Below, piece after piece: positions 29,166 through 42,219 of a stretch of DNA of 64,000 nucleotides (position 1 is the stretch's first letter; each line of letters opens with the position of its first letter). Under the pieces are notes generated by a model that did no database searches, had not been told where the DNA came from, and saw only the letters and a program-made list of their open reading frames with translations. A program made the translations under genes and the position numbers. This DNA is from Octopus vulgaris (taxonomy: Eukaryota). The stretch is taken from the NCBI GenBank assembly GCA_951406725.2, contig OX597819.1:46562001-46626000 (forward strand), in the 5' to 3' direction.

Positions 29166-29219
29166 GCATTCTGATGATGTCTACCACTACCACTGGCAAA
29201 CAGAAGCGATCGTAAATGT
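29166..29219 (+). ncRNA. Hammerhead motif, mirror copy
   Basis: GCAUU-CUGAUGA-UGU...ACA-GAAGC-GAUC-GUA-AAUGU; GAAA has become GAAG. Confidence 0.6.
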
Positions 29220-29504
29220 ACTATTACTACCACTTTTTTTAATTAATTAATTAATTTAATTAATGGCTAACTAGTGCAAACGACCAACTTCTTCCTGTTA
29301 TTTTCCTCCATTTTCTTCTTGCATATATATATATATGCAAGAAGAAAATGGAGGAAAAAATATATATATATAGTATATAATATAATAATATATATATATA
29401 TATATCGATTCCTGGACCGGGCGACGCGATGTGTGCTTGAGCAAAGCACTTCATTTCACGTTACTCCAGTCCACTCAGCTGGCTTTAAAATTAGTCATCT
29501 AGCG

Positions 29505-29820
29505 ATATTTGAATTCAATGGTTTTTGATACTGCATATCTCTACTGTTCGAGAAAGAGGTTTTCATAACAAGCCTTCAATTTAATTGAAAATATATTTGA
29601 ATTCAATGGTTTTTAATACAGTTCTGATACTTCATATCTCTACGGTTCTAAAAATGTTTTTTTTATAAAAGCCTTCAATTTAATCCAAAATATATTTGAA
29701 TTTAATGGTTTTTAATACAGTTGTGATACTCCATAACTCTACGGTTCTAAAAAGAATGTTTTTTCTTTTTATAAAAGGCCTTCAATTTATTTCAAAATAT
29801 ATTTGAATTACTTGGTTTTG
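29505..29820. repeat. Tandem repeat, ~90-105 bp unit, just over 3 copies
   Basis: ATATTTGAATTCAATGGTTTTT...CTCTACGGTTC...GCCTTCAATTT recurs. Confidence 0.9.
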
Positions 29821-30087
29821 TGTTTCTAAAATAAAGGGTTTCCCGTAAAACAGCTTGCACGAAAAAAAAAACGTGATTATTAGAGAATTATTAGAAATTA
29901 CTGGAAATAAAGAGGAAGTTTATAAGATTGTCATGTAAAAATAAATAACAATATTAGTAGAATTATTTTTCTTGGATACCGATGCAAGAATGAGAAGCAC
30001 CTATTATTCTTTTACAAGCTTTACTCTTTTACAAGTTTCTGCTCGTGAGCTGCGGCCATGCCTGGGTATCTTTTGTAAACATTGTCA

Positions 30088-30372
30088 AGGCGCGTGGCCC
30101 ACTGGTTAGGGTATTGCGCTCACGATTGTATGGTCACAGCGTTGATCACTGGACCGGGCGACGAGTTGAGTTTTTGAACATAAACGTTATAGTTCACTTT
30201 CCTTCAGTACAAGCAGCTGGAAACGAATTCCAGCAATACCTGGGAAGTCAGCCCTGCGATGGATTCAGCGTCCGTTCGTAAGAGGGCTGTGTGTTGTAAC
30301 CCCGTTCACTTATACGCCACGGAAAACGGGTTATGTTCCGACCTCATCAGTCCTGAGTCTCGTTAGAGACTT
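30088..30372 (+). mobile_element. Diverged SINE family B copy
   Basis: GGCGCGTGGCCCACTGGTTAGGG head, GGACCGGGCGACG, CCCTGCGATGGA. Confidence 0.65.
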
Positions 30373-30511
30373 CAATATTTTGCGAACATTGATTTTTGCC
30401 TAAGGTCGGGCTATCAAAAGGAACCATTACAACTTGAGAAAGCAGAAGAACATGCCATAATTACGTTACATATATTTTATAAGGAAACAAACATAATCTG
30501 TTTTTTGGGTT

Positions 30512-30927
30512 AGGTATAGGAGTGGCTGTGTGATAAGTAACTTGCTTACGAACCACATAGTTCTGGGTTCAGTCCCACTGCGAGGAACCTTGAGCAAGTG
30601 CCTTCTACTATAGCCTCGAGCCGTCTAAAGTCTTGTGAGTTGATTTGGTAAACGGAAACTGAAAGAAGCCCGTCGTATATATGTATATATATATATATGT
30701 ATGTATGTGCGTGTATATGTTTGTGCATATGTGTTTGTCCCCCCAGCATCGCCTGACAACCGATGCTGGTGTGTTTACGTCCCCGTAACTTAGCGGTTCG
30801 GCAAAAGAGACCGATAGAATAAGCACTAAGCTTACGAAGAATAAGTCCTGGGGTCTTCTACTATAGCCTCGGGCCGACCAAAGCCTTGTGAGTGGATTTG
30901 GTAGATGGAAACTGAAAGAAGCCCGTC

Positions 30928-30989
<62 letters not shown>

Positions 30990-31202
30990 CTTTGTATGTC
31001 TGTGTTTGTCCCTCTAGCATCGCTTGACAACCGATGCTGGTGTGTTTACGTCCCCGTAACTTAGCGGTTCGGCAAAAGAGACCGATAGAATAAGTACTAG
31101 GCTTACAAAGAATAAGTCCTGGGTTCGATTTGCTCGACTAAAGGCGGTGCTCCAGCATGGCCACAATCAAGTGACCGAAGCAAGTAAAAGAGTAAAAGAG
31201 TA
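30512..31202 (+). mobile_element. Dimeric SINE family A (tail-less unit fused to 5'-truncated unit)
   Basis: Unit 1 at 30512-30855 and unit 2 at 30853-31202, joined at a GTC microhomology. Confidence 0.85.
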
Positions 31203-31286
31203 TATAATGCACTGCTGATTAAAAGCTTGTGTGTTTGAAAGGAACATTTTTATGAATTCATGCACGTCGTCGCAAAAACAACAATA

Positions 31287-31737
31287 CGCGCAGGCGTGAC
31301 TGTGTGGCAAGAAGCTTGCTACCCAACCAAATGGTTCCGGATTCCGCCCCAATGCGTGGTGCCTTGGACAAGTGTCTTATTATATATCCTCGGGTCGACC
31401 AAAGCCTTATGAGTGGATTTGGTAGGCGGAAACTGAAAGGAGCCCGTCGTGTATGTATGTGAGTGTGTGTGTGTTTGTGTGTGTGTTCGCGTGAGCATGT
31501 GTGCGTGTGTGTGTTTGTGTATGTGTGTGTGACTTTGTGTCTGTGTTTGCCCCTCCACCACCACCATCACTGCTTGACAACCGGTGTTGCTGTGCTTACG
31601 TCTCTGTAACTCAGAGATTGTAGAATATTGTACTCGGCTTAAATAAGTCCTGAGATTGATTTGTTCGACTAATACCTTTCGAGGCGGTACTTCAGCATGG
31701 CCGCAGTCAAATGACTGAAACAATTAAAATAATAAAA
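31287..31737 (+). mobile_element. SINE family A copy
   Basis: Full head, body and tail homologous to 861-1258. Confidence 0.85.
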
Positions 31738-31899
31738 GGCGCAGGAGTAGCAGTGTGGTAAGAAGCTTGCTTCTCAACCACATGGTTCTGGATTCAGTCC
31801 CACTGCGTGGCACCTTCGGCAAGTGTCCTGTACTATAGCTTCGGGCCGACCAAAGCCTTGTGGGAGGATCTGGTAGACGGAAATTGAAAGAGGCCCGTC

Positions 31900-31945
<46 letters not shown>

Positions 31946-32957
31946 CAAATAACAAAATGGAGAGGTAATCATTCGACAAACATCAGCCTTTAGACATTCA
32001 TTTATATCTATTTATTAATTGATTACAATCCTATGTATAAACAATCAAAATAAACCAATGAAATAAGCAAATAAACAAGAAATAAGTAAATAAATAAAAA
32101 TAAACAAATGAATAAGAATAAATGAGTGAAAAACTATTAAGCTCTTACAGCTGTTTCTATTATGGGCTTGCTCAATCTTCTAGGTTTTCCACACCATGCC
32201 TATAAAATACAGGGATTTTAGAAAGGTTGAACAAACATTGGACAGGGATTGAACAAGTTTGGTCAACCTTTGTAAAATCCCTGTATATTACTGTCATGAT
32301 GTGGAAAACCTAGAAGATTGAGCAACCCCATAGTCGAAACAGCTGTAAAGGCTTAATATATTTTCATTCATTAATTCTTATTCATTTGTTTATTTTTATT
32401 TATCTACTTATTTCTTCTTTATTTGCTTATTTCATTGGTTTATTTTGATTGTTTATACATAGGATTGTAATCAATTAATAAATAGATATAAACGAATGTC
32501 TACAAGCTGATGATTGTCAATTGATTATTCTTTCCATTTTCGTATCTGCCTTATAAAATATGGGTAAATTTCTGCTTTACCCCACTCATACCTAGTATTC
32601 AATTACGATATTGCCCTACAATAGTAAGCACTTGTACATAAATACGTAGGTATACACCCAGTAGTATATTAGATATTTATTATCCCTTAAATGGTTGCGT
32701 AACCTCTAGCTCATACAGACGTATATATATATATGCATGTATGCATTTGTGTGTCTGAGTTTGTCCCCGAACATCGTTTGACAACCAATACTGGTGTGTT
32801 TATGTCCCCGTAACTTAGCAGTTCGACAAAAAGAATGATAGAATACTACTAGGCTTAAATAAATCCTCAGGTCGGTTTGTTCGACTAAAACCTTCTAAAA
32901 TTGTGTTCCACCATGACCGCAGTGAAATGACTGAAACCAGTAAAAGAATAAAAGAAT
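31738..32957 (+). mobile_element. SINE family A copy split by a ~780 bp fold-back insertion
   Basis: 5' half at 31738-31940 ends in (TA)n; 3' half resumes at 32721-32957. Confidence 0.85.
31939..32720. mobile_element. Fold-back element 3 (~300 bp arms) with hammerhead-like motifs
   Basis: Arms 31939-32236 / 32257-32555. CUAGAAGA...GAAAC-AGCU-GUA at 32309-32351 (+) and 32143-32184 (-). Right extension 32556-32720. Inserted in the (TA)n tract of a SINE. Confidence 0.72.
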
Positions 32958-34014
32958 TCGTCTATTGCAAAGACATATAACGATGAAATTGAGTTGCAAG
33001 GTGACTGCTTTTAGGAACGATTCGTGAATTAAAAGCAGTGGTACTATCCTGATATCCTAGCTGACGCTGGTTATTTACTCATCTCGTACAAATTTGAAAA
33101 TATCAGTTTCATTTGTAAATTTACTTGCGTTGGACCCGAAACACTTTACATTAAAGCATTCGCCGTTAAATATGTCATAGTACAACGCGGTACCCCATTT
33201 GTATATTTGAAGGTACCTGAAACAATTTTGTTATAAGCTATTCTCAACTCGGAATGTGACGATTGAGCGCAGATGATCGGACGCTGCTGATTCGGCACGG
33301 ATGATTGGATAGCCAGCCTGTGTTGGTAACACTGCTTTTTGACGTTAAGGGCAGACAGACATATGCGTATACTCACAAATACACGGGTGCAGGCGCACAG
33401 TAATGTACATATAGGGATAGAAAGAGTGAAAGAGAGAAAGACAAAGAGAGAGACAATACAATTTATTAATTGAACACTATTGACATATGAATACGCAGAG
33501 AAATATGCTAACAAGGAAACAGAAAGCGAAAGAAAGGAAGAGAGGGCGGGAAGGAGCAAACGCGAGAAACATTAAAACGTCTGATGTCAAATGAGTCAGC
33601 GTCAAATCAACCACGCCAAAGAGGCGGGGACAAAACGGCTGTGCCACAACGTCTCATAACCTTGATATCTATTAGTTTTTAGCTTTCGTGTTATTTATAG
33701 TGAAGACGTGCGGCGTAGTTCCTATGGTATTCGGCGCACGGTCGTACGTTCAATTCGTGAACCGATTGGCATGTTGTGTTCTTGAACAAGGCATTTCATT
33801 TCACGTTCCTACAGTAAATTCTTTGCCATAAATAAATACCAACTGGGTGCTGGTGCGGTTCAGGCTCCTCCCAGCTTTCACGTCCTAAATATACCACCGA
33901 GTCAAGGCTCAGCGGTGGGCTGAGGTAATGCCTTTGTCTACACGCCACCCCATCAAACACCTGTTGCATTAAGCGTGATGTATATTCCCCCACCATACTC
34001 ACCCACATGCAAAT

Positions 34015-34065
<51 letters not shown>

Positions 34066-34751
34066 TGTGTGTGTTGGTGTGCATAAGTGCTTACTTATAA
34101 CGATGAAGTAATGATGAAGACATGTGAATCAGGGTTTAGTTATTTTAAATGTATTTTGTGCAGAAATGCTGAGGTAAAAAGTAATATGCATCACAGTATC
34201 ACGGCGCAGTTTCATCGTTGTTAATGCATAAATCAACGAATGAATAAATAAATAAATAAATAAATAAATAAAGTCATTACTGTTGTTGTTGTTGTAGTCG
34301 CTGAAATGTCGAATACGGAAATAGAAGTTTTGAAAATGCTGTTCGATAATATTTTCGTGTATATTTTAAAAGAAACGTTGTGGAAAATACATTTCTGGGT
34401 GACGGCAAGTTATTTTTTTTTAAATGTTAAAGGTTTTTTTTCCTCTCTCTACCTCTATCTATCTCTCTTCACTTCTTTTCTCTAGTTGTTAAAAATATCT
34501 AAAAAAAAAAAAAAAAACATGGTTTTTAATTTTAATTTCAAATGACTTCACACTAATTAATGTTTATAATCTCGAGTTATGTCGCGCTAACGAACTCGGA
34601 ACAAGAGCGAAATGCTACTATCCACGGCTACCGGATAGTTTAATAAAGGGATTATATGGAGATAAAGTATGTTCTCTTCACTCTTTCATGATGATTTCCA
34701 AACATAGGAGAACAAAAAGAAACTTAGAAGACGTTCTCTCCCCTTAAGTAA

Positions 34752-34860
<109 letters not shown>

Positions 34861-35559
34861 CATCCATCCCTATAAATACCAGTTCCTACTGAGCAAACCT
34901 ACTCAGTTTGATCGGCAATCCAGCCGCATTATGATCATCTCGTTTTCATTTCTGATGCATTATATTCACGATTTCACTTCGTAATTTAATTCTATTATCT
35001 CTTAACTCCAACACAATATCCACGGTTCCAAAATCTTGTCCTACCACTAATATAGCAACCGTATTACAGGTGGAGCCGTTTAAGCTTCTCTGATGTTCTC
35101 TGGTATCAGAATTAATCTCACACGTAATCTGAAGGTAATTCGAGGCAATATTTCCAAGTGCATACTTAAAGCTCATTACGCTTAAACGTATTGCTCTCAT
35201 TAAGGAAATATTCTGTTCTTATGACAGAGTCATTATTTAAACCGAGAATATTAGTTTGCGTTTGATTTGTTTCTTGTGAATATGTGAGAATGCATGTGTG
35301 AGTGTGTGAGTGAAGTGTGTGTGTGTAGTGTGTGTGTGTGTGTGTGTAGTATGTCTGTGTGTAGTGTGTGTGTATGTGAGAATATGTGTTTGTGTAGTGT
35401 GTGGGCATGAGGATATGTGTATGTGTACGTGTGTGTGTGTGTTATAGGGAATATGTGTGTGTATATGTGGGAGTGTTCGCGTATATATGTCAATGTATGT
35501 TTGTGTGTGTATGTATGTCATGTGTATGTATGCCATGTGTATGTATGCTAGTCCCACAT

Positions 35560-35595
<36 letters not shown>

Positions 35596-35704
35596 GGGAA
35601 CGTTGTGAGTACCTTCTGTATGTGTATATGCGGGACTTTGTATAAATGGGAATGTGTGTGTGTACATGTGAGAATATGTATATGTGAGTGTATGTGTGAA
35701 TGTA

Positions 35705-35743
<39 letters not shown>

Positions 35744-35794
35744 CAATGTGTGTGCCTGTGTTATACCGTATCTTTTTTATCTTTCATCTTTCAT

Positions 35795-36138
35795 TGTTTT
35801 AGTCATTGGACTGCGGACATACTGAGGCCTCGCTTTGAAATCTTTAGTCGAACAATCAACCCGAGTAGTTAATTATAAGTCTGACATAATTGATTCTTCT
35901 CTTTTGGCGAATTCCTAAAACACGGAGGCGTATACAAACCAACACTGGTTGTCAAGAGATTGGAGACGCACACAAACACATAAACATATGTACGGCGGGC
36001 TCCCACCCAGTTTTCTTCTGCGAAATTCATGCGCAAGAAATTGGTTGACCCGAGGTTATATAGAAAAGCAATGGGCCCAAAGTGTTGTGCAGTGGGGCTG
36101 AGCACAAATCTTTTTGACCATAAAGCCGTGCCTGCGTC
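35795..36138 (-). mobile_element. Old diverged SINE family A copy
   Basis: AGTCATTGGACTGCGG...TTGGTTGACCCGAGGTTATA...GCCGTGCCTGCG. Confidence 0.7.
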
Positions 36139-36164
36139 TATAATAGATTTTACATATATTTTAG

Positions 36165-37270
36165 TTCCCTGTTGGATCCAAGGCTCTTTTATTGGAATTT
36201 CAACATAAACAACAAGGTATGTCTCTTCTATTTTTTTAATTATTAGAAATCTTCCACTGAGGAGAGAGCAGGTTTCCAACAAAGATACAAGGCTCCATTT
36301 TTGGGATGTAGTTAACATAGATATATTTGCATTTGGAACTTCAGAAAAGTCTTCTATATTTTCACTGTTCCACTCACAGATTACACTTGCAATGTATGAA
36401 TCAACCGGTTTATTTCTCTTTCTGAAAATCCCAGTTTATCTAATTCTCCTTTAAGCATTTACTAACAAAATCTAATGCTTCAATTATTATCGGTATGAAT
36501 ATGAATTCATAGTCTGGATATAGAAGCTGGAGGTTTCGAAGCAGTTGTCCATAAGTATCCTCTTTATCTTTCATTTTTAAAGGGACATTTATATCTGCAG
36601 GGCAGCTACCCTCTATAATGGTATATACATTTGCCCCTCTGTCCCAAACAACAATATCCGACCTGTTAATCTTACATTTGACAGAAGTTTTGATGGGAAT
36701 ATTCCACCAGTATTCCTTGGGTTGATGTTTATGAATGTATTCCATAACAGAGGGATTCCCTAAGTTCATTTCAGGACAGTCTTTTTTGCTGATGGCATTG
36801 TAAATTGTTTTAGCTAACAACGTCATGCCGCATAGGGAGATAGTACCGTAACGATATTTTAGGATAGCTGCTAATCCCATGCGTAATGTCTTCCAAAGAA
36901 ACATGACATCGCCTGTGATCTAGTGGTCTTGTGTCGAAGAGAGGCTGCGCTTCGCGACAATTCTACTGTCTTCTTCAAGCTTCCAGGCAACATAGCTATG
37001 CATAGTCTTTTTTTTTTTTTTTGTATGCTGAGTGCACCTTCATTTCTTCTTAGGTAGAACTTGTCAACATCACTATTTCTGTGGAAGTTCCCAGTTGTTG
37101 TCAGGATTTTGCAGGATTTGATATCTATGGAGTGGATTTCTTCTACAGACCAATCAAGTATCTCAAATGTTGGGATCAGCACTGGTACTGCAAACGCATA
37201 GTGGGATATTGTTTTGTTGTAAGAGGAGAGTCTGACTGCCGTATTTTCCTAAGTTTGGTGTAATATTCTC
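36165..37270 (-). pseudogene. Decayed R4/Dong-like LINE thumb, CCHC and restriction-like endonuclease (copy 2)
   Basis: IPTFEILDW..IDIK..KILT.TGNFHRNSDVD; remnant C..EDITH.IS..P..YYLPMRHDVV; NRSDIVVWD...IIEGSCPAD...KEDTY (PD-(D/E)xK type). Confidence 0.88.
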
Positions 37271-37274
37271 AGGT

Positions 37275-39250
37275 ATATATGTATGTCATTATTCAGTTTA
37301 CTTCAAGATTTCTTGCCAATAGGGAAAGAACCGGTTTCTGACCTAGATCAAAGGCTTCTTCATTGTGTGCTTGTTAGTATTTTTCAGGTTTTCACATCAA
37401 TAGCTCGGATTTCATAAGCGTCTAATCAAACAGCCCAAATGTTGGTATGAGAACTGGTACTGCAAACACAATGTGGGCCACTGTTTTATAGAATGCAGAG
37501 AGTTCTGAGGTTCAAATTTTCTTTATTCCGCTGTAATATTCTTTAGTGACACGAATTTTGTTACAGGTGCCAGTATAAGATATATTTTCATCCACCCCTA
37601 GATACCTGTAACATTTCTCATCAGATAGAGAGGAAATAGTCAAATCATTGATGGAGAAGTTACTAGTCTGGTTTATAAGTTTTCCTCTTTTTCACAACCA
37701 TATAAATAACATTTACCATGACCAAACTCCAACCCTACATCCTGTGAGAATTTTGTAACAAGGTCAATTCTCTTTTTCATCTCATGCATATTCTTTGCAT
37801 AAAGTTCTAAGTCATCCACAAAGAAACAGTGTGTAATTTTGGTAGTTCTGTTTCCTTGGGAACCAGGGAGATATGCTTCAGACTTCCTTAACATGAATGA
37901 CAAGGAGTTTACAGAAAGTATAAACAACATCACAGAGAGACTGTCTCCTTGGAATATGCCTTTCAGATACTGTATTCTATCGGTGATAATACAGCCACTC
38001 TTTGTGCTTCATTTCAAGATGGTGGCCTACGCTGAAGTCATATCAGCTATGGCGTTGACTATGCTCACTGGAACTTTAGGAAGCTGAAGGGTTTCTAGTA
38101 TCCATGGATGTGGAACAGAATCGATGGATTTCTTGTAGTCTAGCCACATTGAAACTAGGTTTCTCCTATGCTCTCACACCTCTGATATCACAGTTTTGTT
38201 GATTAACAATTGCTCGGTTCATGCCTAGACTCCCTTCTTCCCAGCTACTTGTTCTGCTGTGATAATGTTATTGGTTTCACAATGGACCTGGAGGAAGAGG
38301 TTTAAGCATGCTGTATATAACTTATACATTAAGTTCTGGCATGCAACTGGCCGGTAGTTTTTTGCCATGTGGGTGGTTCTGCATTTGAGGATCAATTTTG
38401 TCTCCACCTGAGCCAACCAATGTGATATGCTACTGTTCCCATTGAGAGCTTGCTGGTACAGATTGATAAGATATGATCGGTAGGAGGTTAGGTTCGTGTA
38501 CCAATATCCAACAACCAAGTCTCTTCCAGGTGCTTTTCTATCCTGGAGTTTCTGGATCACAGTTACAAGACTTTCACCATCAATGTTGTATGTCTTGGGT
38601 GTAACGCTGGAGCAATAAATTCTTCGGATTTCTTCCACCTACAGGACATTTTGGCTGGATTCCTTCTTTTCACTCCAGATTTTCTTTCAGAAGAAGTCGT
38701 GGAGGAGCTTCTGTGATGTTCACCGTTCCTCCTCTTATGTCTCTACATACTGCTGCCTGGTCCCGGTTAATTTTTTTGTTTATTGTTCTTCTCTCAGTTA
38801 TTCTCTTCTGATTTCGGACTTTTTCACTGACAGCTTTTAGCTCCTGCTTGAAGGTAATCAGTTTGCAAGTAAGTGTCCTCTTTTTGCTGTCTCCAAACAT
38901 CGTTTCTAACTACTTCTTTAATTTCTGTTGATGGGACGTATAGTAATTTGTTTGTTTGCACGCAATAAGCATCATTACATGACTGATGGTCTTCCGTAAA
39001 AAAGTTATCTTTTACTCTGTCTTCAAAACCCATGATGGTACTTTCTTTGTTGTTTCGGTTTTGTTTACTTTTTTAATGTCATTCATGTACTGATTTGCAG
39101 TAGTAGCCAGAGCATATAAACAGGCGTTAATCTGCCATAATGTCGGTTCATCACATTGCTGTATATACTCATCACCTATCTCGTTAACAGCTTTTAATAC
39201 CGTATCTGGTGTTTTTTTTTTTACTTACTTTGGTAGAGAATACTCTTTCC
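37275..39250 (-). pseudogene. Decayed R4/Dong-like non-LTR retrotransposon RT region (copy 1)
   Basis: KAPGRD, NYRPVACQNLMYKLYT, GIFQGDSLS, HCFFVDDL, GLEFG..KC; stops and frameshifts; jumps to the 3'UTR at ~37370 and ends in a CATA/TA tail at ~37285. Confidence 0.88.
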
Positions 39251-40589
39251 CCGAGAAATTACTTCAAAGCCAGTTATTTTTCCAGTTATTAAACGTCACT
39301 AGTCTTGGAACATTTTGATACCACCCCGTAAGTCAGATAGCCACCATCAGCGCTGGCAACAGCATCACCATCACCAGCAAAAACGCCAAAAACATGTATT
39401 CTTTGTTCAATACTTGATTGGTCCTCTCGGTACATTCAGATTTCAAAAATAAATAAATAAATAAATAAACCAAAAATAATTTAAGTTAACATAATATTAG
39501 ATTAATTTAATGTAATATAATTTAATTTAATTATTGGTGAATTAGGAAAACACAAACATGAAATAATTCTTTTTCATTTTATAGAGAAAAGAAGTGAAAA
39601 AGTGTCTCTGAACTCAATTCCAGTATATTTCTAGTTGCAGGAATGTACTCAACAAGATCGGAATGATTTGATGATTTCTATGATGTTATAGATCTGATAG
39701 TATCTCTCTGACCTAGCATCAAAGGTATCCCAGCAGTGACCGTCCAGTTTTATTTTTGGAAGAGGTACATCATGAGCGCAAGTGTGGCTGTGTGATAAGT
39801 TTGATTCTTGAGGTAAGAAGTTTGCTTCCGAGTTCAAGTCCCATTGCGTGGCACCTTGGTGATAACTTCAATATAGATGTCCATTATTGGATACCGTGAA
39901 GTTGAAAAGAGGTTTTAATGTTAAAATACTTGTTTTAGCACATTAACTTCAATTCAGTTCCTGTCGAGAAAGACTTTACTTTTCACCTTTCCAAGTTCGA
40001 TAGACCAAAATACCAGACGAGCATTGCGATCGATCTCTAATGACTTCCACACACAAACAAATATGTTTGGAACACAGCAACAAATCACACACACACACAA
40101 ACACACACACACACACACACACACTCATACAGTAGAAATAATAAAGGTCTACTTATACATACCACATAAATATAAAAGTAAACTAAGGGTACTTCTATGT
40201 GGTCATATCACCTGTAAGAAATCGAGCCCAAATTTCACTCAAATCAGATTTCACCCACTTAGAAACGCACTTTCTGGATAATATTCCCCCTGGTTTTTGA
40301 CCAGCCAGAGAACCTGCTCCTGCTTGTTTCTGGACTATTTCGCTTTGCAGGTGAGATTCTTAGCGGTGTTGTGCATGTTGCTATTGAGTTTGAATTTCAA
40401 AATGGGCATTTCTGACAGCAATGGCCTTTAATATCTAAGGTGACATAATCGTCTACGAGATGATAGCCACCGTGTGCTTCCTTGTACGTATGTGCGTATA
40501 TTAATATACATGCATATATGGTGTGACAGCTAAGACGAATCATGAATATTACGCTCTTTTACAAGATCAGGAACGACAAGCTCCTACGG

Positions 40590-40890
40590 TCTATCTCCTT
40601 TGATGGAAATCCTCATTGATAGCAATCTACGTTGGTTGGGCCACGTACATAGGATAGACAACAACAGACTATCCAGACAACTTATTTACTCCTATCTATG
40701 CAAGGCAAGTAGAAACCAGAGAAAACTTAGAGGGAGATTTAAAAAATACTGAAAAAAGGAACATGAAGTGGAAAAGAATTGGTCATAATAAATGAATAAA
40801 CTCAAGCGAAAAACCGACCTGTATGGAGAAAACTTATCAAATCATGCCAAAGCCATGAACACTCAGAATCGCGATGAGTGACTGCAGATA
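40590..40890 (+). pseudogene. RTE-clade LINE 3' fragment
   Basis: SNLRWLGHVHRIDNNRLSRQLIYSYL...RNQRK.RGRFK; followed by (CATA)n. Confidence 0.72.
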
Positions 40891-40916
40891 CATACATACA
40901 TACATACATACATACA

Positions 40917-40950
<34 letters not shown>

Positions 40951-41792
40951 CATACATACATACATGGAATCAGTAAGGAATACCCGTAAAGAATCAGTAT
41001 CCCACAGATATGTGTACCCCGTAAGTAATTAGCCTGTCACAGAGCGGGACTGAGCTATATCTTTTGGATCACAAATACAACCCCCCACCCCGAAGGTTTT
41101 TTTATAACATTACTATCTATCCAATTTCACTAACAACTAATGGCTTGATCCGAGGGTGTAGAAAATGACAATTACCCAAGATGCTTTGGGATTTAATCTC
41201 GTGTTTGCGAAGTCAACTCCTTAGTTATTCAGCCATGCTGCATTATCCCAGTTCTTTCCTCTCACACCTACATTTATATGCTTTCGGATTTACAATGAAA
41301 AATTAAAAAAATAAATAAATGCCATACCTAACCTAACACACACACACACACACACACACACATGCAATAAATTCTGTAATACATGATCAAAGTGAATGAT
41401 ATTCTACAAGATCCTTTTACCAGTTAGAAATAACAGCGAAATCTCCCTCACGTCTAAATGTTTCTTCCTCAGAATCATGCATAAACATGGATTTTATTTT
41501 TAAAAAGTGTAATCTTTCATATACAAAAATGACAGGATATGGTCACAGCTGGAACGCCTTTGATCACAGGTCTATTTGGTCATGACTGACATGTAGCTAA
41601 ACAAAGAAAACAATAATATAACAACAAAAATAATTTTGAGTTGGGTGTTTACTAATATAAACTGTATAAAAATCATTAAATGTTCTTTAAAACGTGTACG
41701 TAGGGCACACATACTCAAACATACACGCAGGCACACACACAGATATACCTACGCACGCGTACAAGTACGCACGCATAAAACAGAACACACAC

Positions 41793-41855
<63 letters not shown>

Positions 41856-42106
41856 TCATACACATAAAAACTCAGAGTATGCCCATAGTACACCAGGTGG
41901 CAATTATAACTATTAAAAGAGCTCATTGTGTTTCTTCAATGGATTATTCATGTGTCGTCTGTTCCATTTGCATTCTGCATCGTCTTGAAAATACCACATA
42001 GCATTGGAAAAGTGGAAGTTGAAGTGAGAGGAGGTGTTGAGTAATAAGAGGAAAGTAGGAGAGACGGGAATTGAGGGCGACGAATAAAGTGTTAGTTATG
42101 TTTAGT

Positions 42107-42197
<91 letters not shown>

Positions 42198-42219
42198 GGA
42201 TCGAGATACAAAAATTATT

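Larger units (their letters stand above)
28750..29358. mobile_element. Fold-back element 2 with divergent hammerhead motifs
   Basis: Inverted repeat 28885-29073 / 29126-29319, left extension 28750-28884, terminal perfect palindrome 29301-29358. Confidence 0.7.

Noticed and set aside
29505-29820. CRISPR-like array
   Set aside because: Whole units are homologous with no unique spacers, there are no cas genes, and the context is eukaryotic.
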